Assembly (NCBI GenBank): GCA_963664815.2
Contig: CAXXHB010000003.1
Coordinates: forward strand, 608,001 to 672,000
Origin: Spirochaetota bacterium
GTDB taxonomy: Bacteria; Spirochaetota; UBA4802; UBA5550
DNA: 64,000 nt
Reading direction: 5' to 3'
Below, piece after piece: positions 30,556-41,310 of this stretch. Every line of letters starts with the position of its first letter. The first letter of the stretch is position 1. The translations under genes and the position numbers were made by a program. The notes under the pieces were generated by a model. It saw only the letters and a list, made by a program, of their open reading frames with translations, had not been told where the DNA came from and did no database searches.

Positions 30556-31791
30556 TTATTTTGCAAGTTCCGTGTCTATTATTCCCTCAAGAAATTCTTT
30601 TGGAGGAACGCCGACAATTCTTCTGCCTGAAATAATAATTGTCGGCGTTGCATCAATTTTAACTTTTTTTGCAAATTCTATATGTTCCAGTATCTGCTTA
30701 TTAATGCCGGCCTCATTCATTATATTTTCAAATTTCTGTTTCGATTCAGGTTTAATTTTAAAATCTTTTTCCACCCGGGATAAATTGTTCTCTATATTAT
30801 TTTTCTCAAATCCGTCTTTATAGTTATCGTAACCAATAAAATGCGTATAAAAGTATTCTTCGAAAAACCCCGCTTCTGAAGCGGAATGCATTGACTGGGA
30901 TGCCAAGCACGAGTTAGGGTAGATTGTATCATCCATATCATTATTGCATGCTTTATCAAGAGGATAGTGATAATAAATTATCTGTATCCTCTTGTCGTAT
31001 TTTGCTATAATGAATTTTTCAATCTGGTATAGCTTGTAGCAGGCAGAGCAAAGGAAATCATTGAAAATGTAGATTTTCAGTTTTGCATCAGGATTTCCTA
31101 TTGAGAGGTTGCTCTTTATGAAATCAATTTTTTCCGGAGTCTGATTGTAAAAGTTTGATATAAGTTTTGATTTTTGCGCTTCAGTTGTTATGCCAGAGCC
31201 GGATTTCATCTTTATAATATTTGTACTAGTAAAAACAGCGAATGCCAGAAAAAAAACAAAGAGTATGGAAAGAGAAAGAGATGCTTTTTCATCTGAATCG
31301 GAAGGTTTGAAGAAATCCTTAACAGACTCAACAATATCATTTCTGCTGAAACTGTTTTTTATAAATAAAAATATAGTTGTGAAAAGCAGAATATTTATTA
31401 TATAGGTCGCCAGGCATAATCTGCACAACACACCGATTTTTATCATAATAATGCCCAGAATGACATCAGAAACAAGACCAGCAATGATAAGAGGGAAGGT
31501 TAATCCGCATAAAATTTTGTAATATTTATCCTGGGCATAATCTGCAACAAGTATTATGAAGGTTAAGAGAATAAAGAATAACAAGCCATAGGCGGCAACA
31601 GGGATTCCGAATATCAGAGCGTAATGTGACTGGCCGATGGTTATACATGGATTTGACAAACCTTTCCCGCATGACAAAAGACCCATTTCGGAATCAGGGA
31701 AATAATGCTGGTAAAGAAGCAGCCCCGAAATAAGCACACCGGCGACTGAAAGCAGAAGCATGAAGTTGATATACTTTTTCACTTTATTCAT
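30556..31791 (-). CDS. VKOR family oxidoreductase fused to a DsbA-like thioredoxin domain
   Basis: Loop Cys pair SC...PC, S.YA.IFGIPVA, CRLC redox motif, C-terminal DFLCSAC and ATPT. Confidence 0.9.
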   Translation of the reverse strand: MNKVKKYINFMLLLSVAGVLISGLLLYQHYFPDSEMGLLSCGKGLSNPCITIGQSHYALIFGIPVAAYGLLFFILLTFIILVADYAQDKYYKILCGLTFPLIIAGLVSDVILGIIMIKIGVLCRLCLATYIINILLFTTIFLFIKNSFSRNDIVESVKDFFKPSDSDEKASLSLSILFVFFLAFAVFTSTNIIKMKSGSGITTEAQKSKLISNFYNQTPEKIDFIKSNLSIGNPDAKLKIYIFNDFLCSACYKLYQIEKFIIAKYDKRIQIIYYHYPLDKACNNDMDDTIYPNSCLASQSMHSASEAGFFEEYFYTHFIGYDNYKDGFEKNNIENNLSRVEKDFKIKPESKQKFENIMNEAGINKQILEHIEFAKKVKIDATPTIIISGRRIVGVPPKEFLEGIIDTELAK

Positions 31792-32293
31792 CCTTAATTA
31801 TTAGTTCAATTATTTGTCCACATAAGCGGAGGTAAAATTTTCCGTTATTATCCTCTTCAAGCCTTTCCAGTATATTAAAAGAGGGTGATCTTTTAAATTT
31901 AGCAGGCATTTTTCCATCTTTAATCCGGCAATAAAGCGCGTTATTTGTTTTATAAAATAATGTTCTGCAGTTCAGCTCTTCAGTCTCTCCAGATGATATA
32001 TTTATAAAAATTCTTTCGAAGTTTCCAAAGCCGCTGAAGGTTACTCCTGTTATAAAATATGGCGCATCCTCAACTTTTATCGGATATGTATAATCACCGT
32101 AATGAAGAACATATTCACCATCTGCAGTGATATCTACAGATTTGCTGAAAAAGGATATTATTTTTTCATTGATGAATTTTTCACCGTTATGATACCATGT
32201 GCCTTCCTTATCAATAAATATTTCGTCAATACCTTCTCCGGAGGAGATGAGCTCTTTAATATAATCCGGAATCCCGGGTGATTGAATTTCCAT
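31784..32293 (-). CDS. DUF1285-like protein
   Basis: IFIDKEGTWYHNG...I..FF...G.Y.L...IKVEDAPYF...LYC. Confidence 0.8.
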   Translation of the reverse strand: MEIQSPGIPDYIKELISSGEGIDEIFIDKEGTWYHNGEKFINEKIISFFSKSVDITADGEYVLHYGDYTYPIKVEDAPYFITGVTFSGFGNFERIFINISSGETEELNCRTLFYKTNNALYCRIKDGKMPAKFKRSPSFNILERLEEDNNGKFYLRLCGQIIELIIKDE

Positions 32294-32301
32294 GGTAACT
32301 C

Positions 32302-33456
32302 CTAAATTCTGATAAATGGATCTGTTAATTTTCTGTATTCTTCAAGCGCAAAACGATCAGTCATTCCAGCAATAAAATCAGTCACCGTTCTTATTATTCC
32401 CTGATGATCAATATCCTCACTGTATCTGTCAGGGAGAGTGTCAGGGTGTTCGGTATAGATATGAAAAAGCTCGTTAATTACTCTTTGTGATTTCAGCGAC
32501 ATCCTGGTTACCTGGTAATGTTGATACATGTTTTTTTTAAGAAATCTTTTCAGTTCATCATTAGCTTCCCCGATATCTGATGAGAATCCTGCAAGTTTGA
32601 CCGGAGATTGTTTTATATCATCATATGTGACAATTCTATTATTTTCAATATTTATTATGATGGAATTAATCAAATCTGTTACAAGAAGATTTATTATTGT
32701 CCGTATAATTTCTCTAGAGGCGGATTTTTTTGATGATGGGATAGTCCTGCCGTACATTTTTACAGCAAGTTCCCATATTTCAAGTTTTATAACATCATCA
32801 TATTTGAGAAGTCCGGAAGTGATACCATCGTCAAGATCATGATTATTGTATGCTATTTCATCGGCGAGATCAATGATCTGCGCCTCAAGAGAAGGCTGTT
32901 CTTCCGGTTTGAATTCGGAAGTTTCGGGTCGGTCGTATGGCCCGGAGTGCTTAATGATTCCTTCACGGGTTTCCCAGGTCAGATTAAGTCCGTTAAAATC
33001 GTTATATCGTTTTTCAAGAACTTCAACAACACGCAAGCTCTGTCTGTTGTGTTCAAATCCTCCATGTTCCTTAAGAAGTCTGTTAAGCTCTTTCTCTCCA
33101 ACGTGTCCAAAGGGAGTATGCCCCAGGTCATGGGCAAGAGCAATGCTTTCTGCGAGATCTTCATTAAGCCTGAGCGCTCTTGCTACAGCTCTCGCTATCT
33201 GTGCGACTTCGATGGTATGAGTGAGCCTTGTCCTGTAATGGTCCCCCTCATGGTTTATAAATACCTGTGTCTTGTATTCAAGTCTTCTGAATGCGCGTGA
33301 ATGGATAATCCTTTCCCTGTCACGCTGATATTCAGAACGGTAGGCGTGACTCGGTTCTGAATGTTTCCTTCCAAGGGTAAGAGATGAATGCGCGGCAAAT
33401 GGTGCGAGTGTTAATTCTTCAAGATTCTGTAGAAATGTTCTGTCTGCGTTTATCAT
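32302..33456 (-). CDS. dgt: Deoxyguanosinetriphosphate triphosphohydrolase
   Basis: FRRLEYKTQVF, RTRLTH, HDLGHTPFGH.GE, ADEIAY..HDLDD, DFIAGMTDRFA. Confidence 0.97.
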   Translation of the reverse strand: MINADRTFLQNLEELTLAPFAAHSSLTLGRKHSEPSHAYRSEYQRDRERIIHSRAFRRLEYKTQVFINHEGDHYRTRLTHTIEVAQIARAVARALRLNEDLAESIALAHDLGHTPFGHVGEKELNRLLKEHGGFEHNRQSLRVVEVLEKRYNDFNGLNLTWETREGIIKHSGPYDRPETSEFKPEEQPSLEAQIIDLADEIAYNNHDLDDGITSGLLKYDDVIKLEIWELAVKMYGRTIPSSKKSASREIIRTIINLLVTDLINSIIINIENNRIVTYDDIKQSPVKLAGFSSDIGEANDELKRFLKKNMYQHYQVTRMSLKSQRVINELFHIYTEHPDTLPDRYSEDIDHQGIIRTVTDFIAGMTDRFALEEYRKLTDPFIRI

Positions 33457-35501
33457 CTGTTTCTTTCAAGCTCGTTTTCATATGCCTGGACGGCAGTTTT
33501 CCTGTTAATGCGGATCTCTTCATTTGAAGGGTCTTCTTCTATACCACGAGTAAACGCCTCAACGGATTTTCTATACTCTTTAAGCTGGTAATAGCTCTTC
33601 CCCATATTATTATATGCCTCTGAGGACATTTTATTATCTCTTGAAGATTTAATCGACTGATAAAATGATTCGACTGCTTTGCTATGCATCTCTTTCCGTG
33701 CATAAATAACTCCAAGGGCGAGAAGCGCATCAGAATCATCCGGTTTGAGAAGAAGAGCCTTCTGTATCATTTTGATTGATTTATTAAGGCTCTCCTCGTC
33801 ATTACGTTCACCGGATGATACTATAGCAAGGTTTATAAGGGCTTTTCTTGAAAGTTCTGTTGCATCACCGGTTTCGATTACTTTTGAGTATGCTTTACCG
33901 GCATCGGCATAATCTTTATGTTTATGATAAATTGTTCCAAGTTTAAAAAGAGCTTCCTGGTTATCAGGCCACTTGTGTATTATCTCCTGATATTCCTTTT
34001 CTGCCTGATCATTGTAACCCTGTTCATAATAGTAATCTGCCATGGCTAGTCTGGCTTTGATATTGCCAGGATTGATCTGAATGGCCTTTCTCCATGAATT
34101 AATGGCCATTGCCTGTTTCTCGTAATGTTTGTATGCTATTCCAAGATTAAAATATGCGAGATCGTCATTATCTCTTATGGTAATGGCGGATTCGTAAGCT
34201 TTAACAGCGTCCTCATATTTCTGTGCATCGTCAAGAATATTACCTATGTTAAGATATGCTATACGTGCATTTTCAGTCGCAGGCTGAATCTGAGTAACTT
34301 TTCTGTAAGATTCATAAGCCTTTTCAAGATCGCCTTTGGAATAGTATATCTCCCCGATTCTGGAAAGAATTTTTACATTTCTGCTCTGTACTTCAAGAAC
34401 CTTGCTGTAGGTTCTCAAACTCCTGTCATAATCCTTCAGTGAAAAATATGATTCGCCAATACTTTCAAGAAGCAACATATCCCCCTGGCTTAATCTTTCT
34501 GACTCTTCCAGCTCTCTTAAGGCTTCCACATTTTTATTTTGCCTCAGATATGCCACGGCAAGGTTGTAACGTCCAACCGGATCCTGAGGCCTGAGGTGAG
34601 TTGCCTGAATAAGGTATTTTTCAGCAAGGTCAAACATGTTGCTTTCAAGAAACTCGGTACCGAGCCGTGAGTATGAATTATATGCAACGTCGCCTATTTT
34701 ATCAGATTCGGCTGCTTTCTTAAGAAATTCCAATGCCGGGAATCTGTCTCCTTTTTTAAAGAGCGCGAGAGCCATGTTGTAAAGCAGGGTGGGATTATTA
34801 CTGTCTATTTTCAGGGCTTTTTCATAATACCTGATTGCTTCCTCCCAGTTGGAAAGCTCGTAGTTAATGTTCCCGAGAAGTATAAGGGGATTTACATCCC
34901 CTGGAAGCATCTCTGATGTTTTTTCTGCATATTTAATGGCATTATTAAAATCTCTTTTTTTCCGGTATGTCCTTGCCATGTTGAGATATATTTCGGGGTT
35001 ATATTCATCATAATTCTGTGCCCTTTGAAAGTAGCTTAAGGCATTGTCATATTCCCCTTTCCTGTCAGCTATGATGCCCAGGTAGATGAGAGCTATTGCT
35101 TTATCCTTGGGGAGGGCGGTGGATTCAACAACATCAGTGAATTCTGTGATAGCATTCGGAATATAACCGCTGTTATAGCTTGTTATTGCTTTTTTAAGCT
35201 GCGGATTTTCTGTTTGAAATGGAGTTATAAGCTCTTTCCCCTGCATGACTTCGCTACCCGGTTTTGGGGAATTATTCACAGGTAACTTTTCGGATCTGTT
35301 ATAGAAGAAACTGAAAATAAGAAATATTGAGATTATTAAAACCGAAGCCAGGGCTAATATCAGGAGTATAAACTTCTGCCTGGGAGACATCAATCCTTTA
35401 GCGTCTGTTTCTTCCTTGACAGTCTCAATTTCATTGATTCTGTTCTTTTCGATCTGATTATCGATTTCGGAATTTTCCGAACGGTTTCTTCCAATCTTCA
35501 C
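33453..35501 (-). CDS. Membrane-anchored tetratricopeptide-repeat protein
   Basis: One N-terminal TM helix followed by roughly 15 TPR-like repeats (LG..Y...G....A...Y..A...P). Confidence 0.9.
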   Translation of the reverse strand: MKIGRNRSENSEIDNQIEKNRINEIETVKEETDAKGLMSPRQKFILLILALASVLIISIFLIFSFFYNRSEKLPVNNSPKPGSEVMQGKELITPFQTENPQLKKAITSYNSGYIPNAITEFTDVVESTALPKDKAIALIYLGIIADRKGEYDNALSYFQRAQNYDEYNPEIYLNMARTYRKKRDFNNAIKYAEKTSEMLPGDVNPLILLGNINYELSNWEEAIRYYEKALKIDSNNPTLLYNMALALFKKGDRFPALEFLKKAAESDKIGDVAYNSYSRLGTEFLESNMFDLAEKYLIQATHLRPQDPVGRYNLAVAYLRQNKNVEALRELEESERLSQGDMLLLESIGESYFSLKDYDRSLRTYSKVLEVQSRNVKILSRIGEIYYSKGDLEKAYESYRKVTQIQPATENARIAYLNIGNILDDAQKYEDAVKAYESAITIRDNDDLAYFNLGIAYKHYEKQAMAINSWRKAIQINPGNIKARLAMADYYYEQGYNDQAEKEYQEIIHKWPDNQEALFKLGTIYHKHKDYADAGKAYSKVIETGDATELSRKALINLAIVSSGERNDEESLNKSIKMIQKALLLKPDDSDALLALGVIYARKEMHSKAVESFYQSIKSSRDNKMSSEAYNNMGKSYYQLKEYRKSVEAFTRGIEEDPSNEEIRINRKTAVQAYENELERNR

Positions 35502-35509
35502 AAGGTTTA

Positions 35510-35923
35510 TTACTCCTCTCTGAGTTCATGTTTCTTAATTGCATCAAGAATCCCGTTTATAAACTGGCCGGAGTTTTCTCCTCCGAATGTTTTCCCCAGA
35601 TCAATACATTCATTAATTGTAACTATTGCAGGGATATCCTTTACATAAATCATTTCATATATTGCAAGCCTCAGAATTGATTTGTCAATAATGGATATAC
35701 GCTCGAATTTCCAGTTTTTAGAATAATCAGTAATAATTGAATCAAGTTTTTCAATCTCCGATATAACTCCCTGTATAAGCTCGGTGGCAAACTTCTCTTC
35801 GTCGTCGGATATTTCGCCATCGAGCCATTCAAACTCGATGATGTTTTCAATTGCCGATTTCGAGACTTCATACATATAAAGCCCCTGAAGAGCATGTTCT
35901 CTTGCTTTATGTCTCTGTCCCAT
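35510..35923 (-). CDS. nusB: Transcription antitermination factor NusB
   Basis: RHKARE.ALQ.LY, W.FERI..IDKSILR, FINGILD. Confidence 0.97.
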   Translation of the reverse strand: MGQRHKAREHALQGLYMYEVSKSAIENIIEFEWLDGEISDDEEKFATELIQGVISEIEKLDSIITDYSKNWKFERISIIDKSILRLAIYEMIYVKDIPAIVTINECIDLGKTFGGENSGQFINGILDAIKKHELREE

Positions 35924-36387
35924 CAGTTGATCTGTTTAAAAAGATTTGTCATCTCAATGGCAGACATGGCGGCATCAAAACCTTTATTTCCCGATTTAGT
36001 ACCTGCTCTTTCCACGGCCTGTTCGATAGAATCGGTTGTGAGTACTCCGAATATAACTGGAATTTCAGCTTTGAGGCTAAGCTGTCCGACACCTTTTGAA
36101 ACCTCTGAGGAAACATAATCAAAGTGAGGTGTGGCTCCTCGTATTACAGCACCAAGGCATATGACCGCGTCATATTTGTTAGACTGTACCATTCTTGTTG
36201 CGGCGGCAGGAATTTCAAATGCTCCCGGGACCCACATGACTGTGATATTGTCCTCTTCGGCATTATTTCTTCTAAGGCAGTCAACTGCTCCGCCGAGAAG
36301 TTTGCTTGTGATAAATTCATTAAAACGGGATACTATTATGGCAAATTTAAGGCCCGTTGCGTCCAGTTTTCCTTCGATAGTTTTCAT
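35923..36387 (-). CDS. ribH: 6,7-dimethyl-8-ribityllumazine synthase
   Basis: [34 protein letters not shown]; start at MKTIEG (ORF track gives 36450). Confidence 0.98.
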   Translation of the reverse strand: MKTIEGKLDATGLKFAIIVSRFNEFITSKLLGGAVDCLRRNNAEEDNITVMWVPGAFEIPAAATRMVQSNKYDAVICLGAVIRGATPHFDYVSSEVSKGVGQLSLKAEIPVIFGVLTTDSIEQAVERAGTKSGNKGFDAAMSAIEMTNLFKQIN

Positions 36388-36717
36388 ATAAATAATCCTT
36401 GTTGTTATTTCTTTTCTGATATTAAAATAATATGTTCTTGCGGGAGTCACGGATCATGTTTCGAATAAAAAACTTTTATACCCGGAATACCCTGGTAACT
36501 TTTTAAGGGGAAGCTGCTTAAAAAGTTGATACGAAATTGCAATTCTCAGCACATATTTATTACATGAAATATTATTATAAGCTGATATAAATATAAATAG
36601 AAGAAGAATTAAAATCATTACAGTCAAGCTTTTTTTAAGGCGTGGGAAATTCCGCCACATCATTGAAGGGGATCAATTTTATATTGCACCCTCCGTTGAT
36701 GAAGTAGATTAATTATT

Positions 36718-37491
36718 TTACTTGCCGCCAGACATGGATTTCTGAACCATATCAAAGATTCCTTTTAATTGAGGACTTGTAATCGTAGCGGCAAGACCAT
36801 CCTGCCAGTTTTCATTATCAAGTCTGTATCTTATTTGCGATGCTATGGGGTATCTGAGGCAGTACTTGATATTGGTGAATGCATGACCCGGCTGGTCCCA
36901 CCAGTAACAGATTCTTTTTTTGGCAGTTTCAAGTAACTCAGTTTCAGGAACTATCTGATCTATAAAACCGAGCTCCTTACCTTTTTCAAAGCTGTGCCTT
37001 TCTCCGTCAAACATAATATCACGTACAAGCTTGTCGTTATTAAGACCTGATCTGACCAGTTCCATCTCTGCTATAGTCAGAGAGAGACCTATTTTAGTCT
37101 CCGTCATCCCCATTTTAGCCTTGGGGTTATCGGCTGCGATTCTGTAATCACAACCCATTGCAACAATAAACCCCCCAGCTGTACAGTGACCATTAATAGC
37201 TGCAATAACCGGTTTTCTGCATGTATAAATTTCATAAAGCATCTCTTCTTCGACATTAAAAAAACCGAGAACATCCTCTCGTGTTTTAAAACCCATAAAT
37301 GTCGGGAGGTCAAAGCCTGAACAGAAAAATTTACCTTCACCGGTAAAAATGAGGCCTTTAAGGTTATCGTCATCATTGACTTTTTTAACTGCATCTCTTA
37401 TAATCTTAAGGCTTTCAAATGTCATTGCGTAAGTCGGCGGATTTCCGAATCTGGCAATCATGATGTTGTCTTCGATTATTTGTTTTACCAT
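36718..37491 (-). CDS. Enoyl-CoA hydratase/isomerase (crotonase) family protein
   Basis: FFCSGFDL, KPVIAAINGHCTAGG, CDYRIA, E..IGL. Confidence 0.92.
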   Translation of the reverse strand: MVKQIIEDNIMIARFGNPPTYAMTFESLKIIRDAVKKVNDDDNLKGLIFTGEGKFFCSGFDLPTFMGFKTREDVLGFFNVEEEMLYEIYTCRKPVIAAINGHCTAGGFIVAMGCDYRIAADNPKAKMGMTETKIGLSLTIAEMELVRSGLNNDKLVRDIMFDGERHSFEKGKELGFIDQIVPETELLETAKKRICYWWDQPGHAFTNIKYCLRYPIASQIRYRLDNENWQDGLAATITSPQLKGIFDMVQKSMSGGK

Positions 37492-37889
37492 GATATTCTC
37501 CTTTTTTATCTCTGGAATGGTTTTATTTATTAATAATTGCTGTTTAACATAAGGCAGAATTTCTATTTCAATTATATTTTTATTACATCTCCATAAATAC
37601 CGGTTATTACTTTTAAAAAGAATATCATTAATTTATACAACAAAAAAACGGATTCAGGTATGTTTTCTGTTGATTATAAAACTATTCTTTGGAGTTGCTT
37701 TGTATATTGTTTTTCTAATAAGATGTTTTTCTCTGCAGCACAGTCGTCATAAAAGTGGTTATTTCAATAAACAGTCAGAGAATTAATATATCTGGAGTTA
37801 AAAAATAATTGCCTGCAATCAGACATTTTTATTTATTAAAGCAATCAGAAATATTATGAAATTTACATGAAGTAAAAAATGGAGTGCAG

Positions 37890-38087
37890 ATGAATCAGGA
37901 AGAGAGACTTATTGAGCTTGAATCAAAGATCACTTATCTTGAAAACTATATTAGCGACATTAACTCTGTTGTAATTGAGCAGGAAAAGATTATAAAAAAA
38001 ATTATTGTTGTAACTGAAGAATTGAAAAAACAGATCATGACAAATAAAGATGGTCTTCCGGAAGTAGAGAAACCTCCACATTACTAA
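37890..38087 (+). CDS. slyX: SlyX family protein
   Basis: EERLIELESKITYLE coiled coil and C-terminal EKPPHY. Confidence 0.92.
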   Translation: MNQEERLIELESKITYLENYISDINSVVIEQEKIIKKIIVVTEELKKQIMTNKDGLPEVEKPPHY

Positions 38088-38088
38088 A

Positions 38089-41000
38089 GTGAATGATATT
38101 TTTAATAAGGAGACATTTGTTCTAAAAGTCTGGTATTCTATGAATAAAAATAGAGAAGATGGTTTTTACAGGGTAAAGAAATGTAATCTATTCATGATAG
38201 TTATGTTGGCAGTAGTGATATTTTTTCCGCTTTATTCATTCGCAGCCAGGGGGAAAAACTACGGAGTGAATAATGAAAGAGGTGTACTGGATCTGAGTTC
38301 AAAAGATTTAAACATTGCAGGGCCAGTGTCACTTGATACCTTGTGGGATTTCAGATGGAACAGATTACTTAAACCGGGTGATTTTGAATGGAATGAAGCT
38401 GTCGGTATTCATGGATATTATCCGGTACCACTATTCTGGACGGGATATGAAGACCTTAATCTCCCCTCTAAGGGCTATGCCACTTACAGGCTTATAATTA
38501 AAGTTCCGGTAGAATCAGCAACTTACGGCTTAAGAACACCGGAAATATTTACTGAATACAGGCTCTGGATAAACGGGAAACTTATGGATCAGCATGGTAC
38601 ACTGGCCGGGGAAAAGATAAGATTCCTTAACCCCGGCGTTTTTATTTTCAATATCAATTCAGGAGAGATAGAAATTATTCTCCAGGTTAAAAACATCTCT
38701 CATGGGAATGCCGGGATTGGTCAGAGTTTTATACTAGGGAAAGAGTACCAGATTATTCGGTCATATATTCTGAGTATTTCAATGGAAATTATTCTTATTG
38801 CTATCTGTATTTTCGCTGGATTTTATCATACAATAATTTTTATTTTCAGAAAGGAGGAGAAAGAACTTTTATATTTCGGGTTATTCTGTATCATTATATC
38901 CGTAAGAACATTAAGTACCGGAAATACACTTCTAACACAGATGTTCCCGGATCTTGCATTTAATATTGGATCAAGGATTGCTACTGCAGTGATACCTCTT
39001 TCGGTTATAACATTTCAATCTTTTGTGTATTATTTTTTTAAGGATATTTTTAACCGGTGGGTATTTCTGATATTGACAGTGATACATGGTTTTTATCTTG
39101 TTCTTTTATTTGCGGCATCAACCTTTTTTTATTCAACTGTTTTTACTTATTATCTTGGTGAGATAGCTGTCAGTGCATTCTATATAATTGGAATAGGCTT
39201 TTATGCTATTATTAAAAGAAAACAGTATTCAGTTATTTTTATGTCAGGTTTTATTTTTATCCTGATCGGGGCGGCAAATGATATGCTGCATTATATGCAG
39301 GTTATTAACACGGGATATTACCTCGCACTGTTTTTTTCAGCATTTATCATAATTGAATCGGTGATGCTGGCCATCAGGTTTTCCATGGAACACCGTGCAG
39401 TATCGGAACTTTCGGAAAAGCTCAAGGTGATGGATAGACTTAAAGATGAATTTCTGGCAAATACTTCTCATGAGCTCCGGACGCCACTTAATGGTATAAT
39501 AGGAGTGGCCGAATCTCTGATAGATGGAGTGACAGGTCCACTTCCGTATAAAACAAAACAGAACCTGAAACTAATAGTGTCAAGCGGCAGAAGATTATTC
39601 AATCTTATCAACGATATACTTGATTTCTCCAAGCTCAGGCATAACGATATCGATATACAACGACAGGAAATCGATCTGAAGCAACTGGTCTCCGTGGTGA
39701 TGACCGTAATAAAAGCAACCATGCCGGGGAAGGATGTTGAACTTATAAATGATATCTCTGAAGATACACCTCAGGTTATTGGTGATGAAAACAGACTTCA
39801 GCAGATTATGTTCAATCTCATCGGAAACGGGGTAAAATTTACCAGCAGCGGGTATGTTAAAGTCTCATGTCTGGTTAAGGGAAGTTACGTGGAAGTAAGA
39901 GTTGAAGATAGTGGCATAGGTATTGCAAAAGGGCGACTGGACGCTATATTTCGGTCATTTGAACAGGCTGACGGGTCTATATCGAGGGAATACTCCGGCA
40001 CTGGTCTTGGACTTTCCATTACTAAAAAACTTGTTCAGCTTCATGGTGGAGAGATACATGTTGAATCAGAACCGGGGAAAGGTTCCTGTTTTATTTTTAC
40101 TTTGCAGGGAGTGATTATGAGGGGTTTAAATAGTAGTGGTAAAGAGCTGAGTTCTGCAAATCCGGTTTTTTTTAAAGGCGAGGTAAAAACTCCGGAGATT
40201 ATTCAGGAAACCGTGAATGACGGAGTAAAGGGGAATATTCTTATTGTGGATGATGAATTGATAAATGTACAGGTTTTGATTAACCATCTTTTCATAAGAA
40301 ATATAAAAGCTGAATATGCGTTAAGCGGAGTTGAGGCAATAAAAAAAATTGAAAACGGATCATATGACCTTGTATTGCTTGATCTTATGATGCCCAGGAT
40401 GTCGGGTTATGATGTATGCAGAAAACTAAGAGAGAAATATTCAAACTATGAACTCCCGGTTATAATTCTAACCGCCAAAAACCGGTCGGCTGATATAGTA
40501 GCGGCTTTTGAGGCAGGAGCCAATGATTATATAGTAAAGCCGATAGACAGAATAGAGCTTTATGCACGGATAGATACTCAGCTTTCCCTGAAACGTGCGG
40601 TGAATGAGGCAATGGTAAATGCCGATCTTGCAAACACCGATCATCTTACAGGGATGCATAATCGCAGATTTTTTATGAATGCCGGGGAACGTGAATTTCT
40701 GTCTGCAAAGCGATATGGCGCGGGATTGTCACTGATAATGCTGGATATCGACTATTTTAAAAGGATAAATGATACGCATGGTCATGATGCTGGGGATATA
40801 ATTATCCAACGACTTGCTTCCATTATAAATGAAAATATTCGTGGACTCGATATATCTGTGAGGTTCGGCGGAGACGAGTTTCTGATTATTCTTCCAGGTA
40901 CGGCTTCCAGTGGCGCGATGATTGTGGCTGAGAAGATAAGGAAGCTCTCTGAAGAATCAGTTGTAAACACGGGGAGATTGTTCGGCTTGAAGTTTACTAT

Positions 41001-41127
41001 AAGTCTTGGTGTATCTTCATTGAAAGATGGTACTTGTTCTATAGAGGAACTTATAAAAGAGGCTGATGATATGCTGTATATATCAAAAAAAGACGGAAGA
41101 AACCGGGTTACAATTGATACTATTTAA
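38089..41127 (+). CDS. 7TM-DISM hybrid sensor: extracellular sugar-binding-like domain, 7TM, HisKA-HATPase, REC, GGDEF
   Basis: GVLDL..., GYATYRL, seven TMs, FLANTSHELRTPL, GTGLGL, DLMMP, RGLD-x5-GGDEF; the real start may be ATG 38140 or later. Confidence 0.92.
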   Translation: MNDIFNKETFVLKVWYSMNKNREDGFYRVKKCNLFMIVMLAVVIFFPLYSFAARGKNYGVNNERGVLDLSSKDLNIAGPVSLDTLWDFRWNRLLKPGDFEWNEAVGIHGYYPVPLFWTGYEDLNLPSKGYATYRLIIKVPVESATYGLRTPEIFTEYRLWINGKLMDQHGTLAGEKIRFLNPGVFIFNINSGEIEIILQVKNISHGNAGIGQSFILGKEYQIIRSYILSISMEIILIAICIFAGFYHTIIFIFRKEEKELLYFGLFCIIISVRTLSTGNTLLTQMFPDLAFNIGSRIATAVIPLSVITFQSFVYYFFKDIFNRWVFLILTVIHGFYLVLLFAASTFFYSTVFTYYLGEIAVSAFYIIGIGFYAIIKRKQYSVIFMSGFIFILIGAANDMLHYMQVINTGYYLALFFSAFIIIESVMLAIRFSMEHRAVSELSEKLKVMDRLKDEFLANTSHELRTPLNGIIGVAESLIDGVTGPLPYKTKQNLKLIVSSGRRLFNLINDILDFSKLRHNDIDIQRQEIDLKQLVSVVMTVIKATMPGKDVELINDISEDTPQVIGDENRLQQIMFNLIGNGVKFTSSGYVKVSCLVKGSYVEVRVEDSGIGIAKGRLDAIFRSFEQADGSISREYSGTGLGLSITKKLVQLHGGEIHVESEPGKGSCFIFTLQGVIMRGLNSSGKELSSANPVFFKGEVKTPEIIQETVNDGVKGNILIVDDELINVQVLINHLFIRNIKAEYALSGVEAIKKIENGSYDLVLLDLMMPRMSGYDVCRKLREKYSNYELPVIILTAKNRSADIVAAFEAGANDYIVKPIDRIELYARIDTQLSLKRAVNEAMVNADLANTDHLTGMHNRRFFMNAGEREFLSAKRYGAGLSLIMLDIDYFKRINDTHGHDAGDIIIQRLASIINENIRGLDISVRFGGDEFLIILPGTASSGAMIVAEKIRKLSEESVVNTGRLFGLKFTISLGVSSLKDGTCSIEELIKEADDMLYISKKDGRNRVTIDTI

Positions 41128-41310
41128 ATTTTTATTTATTCAAATAATTGATAGATGGGGAACCTTTTATTATAAACCAGGGTCAAATATATGTTTAATT
41201 ATTCAGAGGAACTACTCTCAAACGATAAAATTGTTTGTCCAATGAACAGAGACGGATATGGTAATTTTTCTGTTCATCACTTGATTATTAAAATATTATG
41301 GAGGTTTATA

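Noticed and set aside
36454-36663. 69-aa ORF upstream of ribH with a hydrophobic stretch
   Set aside because: The hydrophobic segment derives from AT-rich promoter DNA and the start overlaps a hairpin; there is not enough support.
36390-36717. Possible FMN riboswitch upstream of ribH
   Set aside because: No AGGGC..GGTGAAATTCCC..CCG or GGATG.GAG consensus on the minus strand; only an imperfect hairpin near 36658-36701, probably the crotonase terminator.
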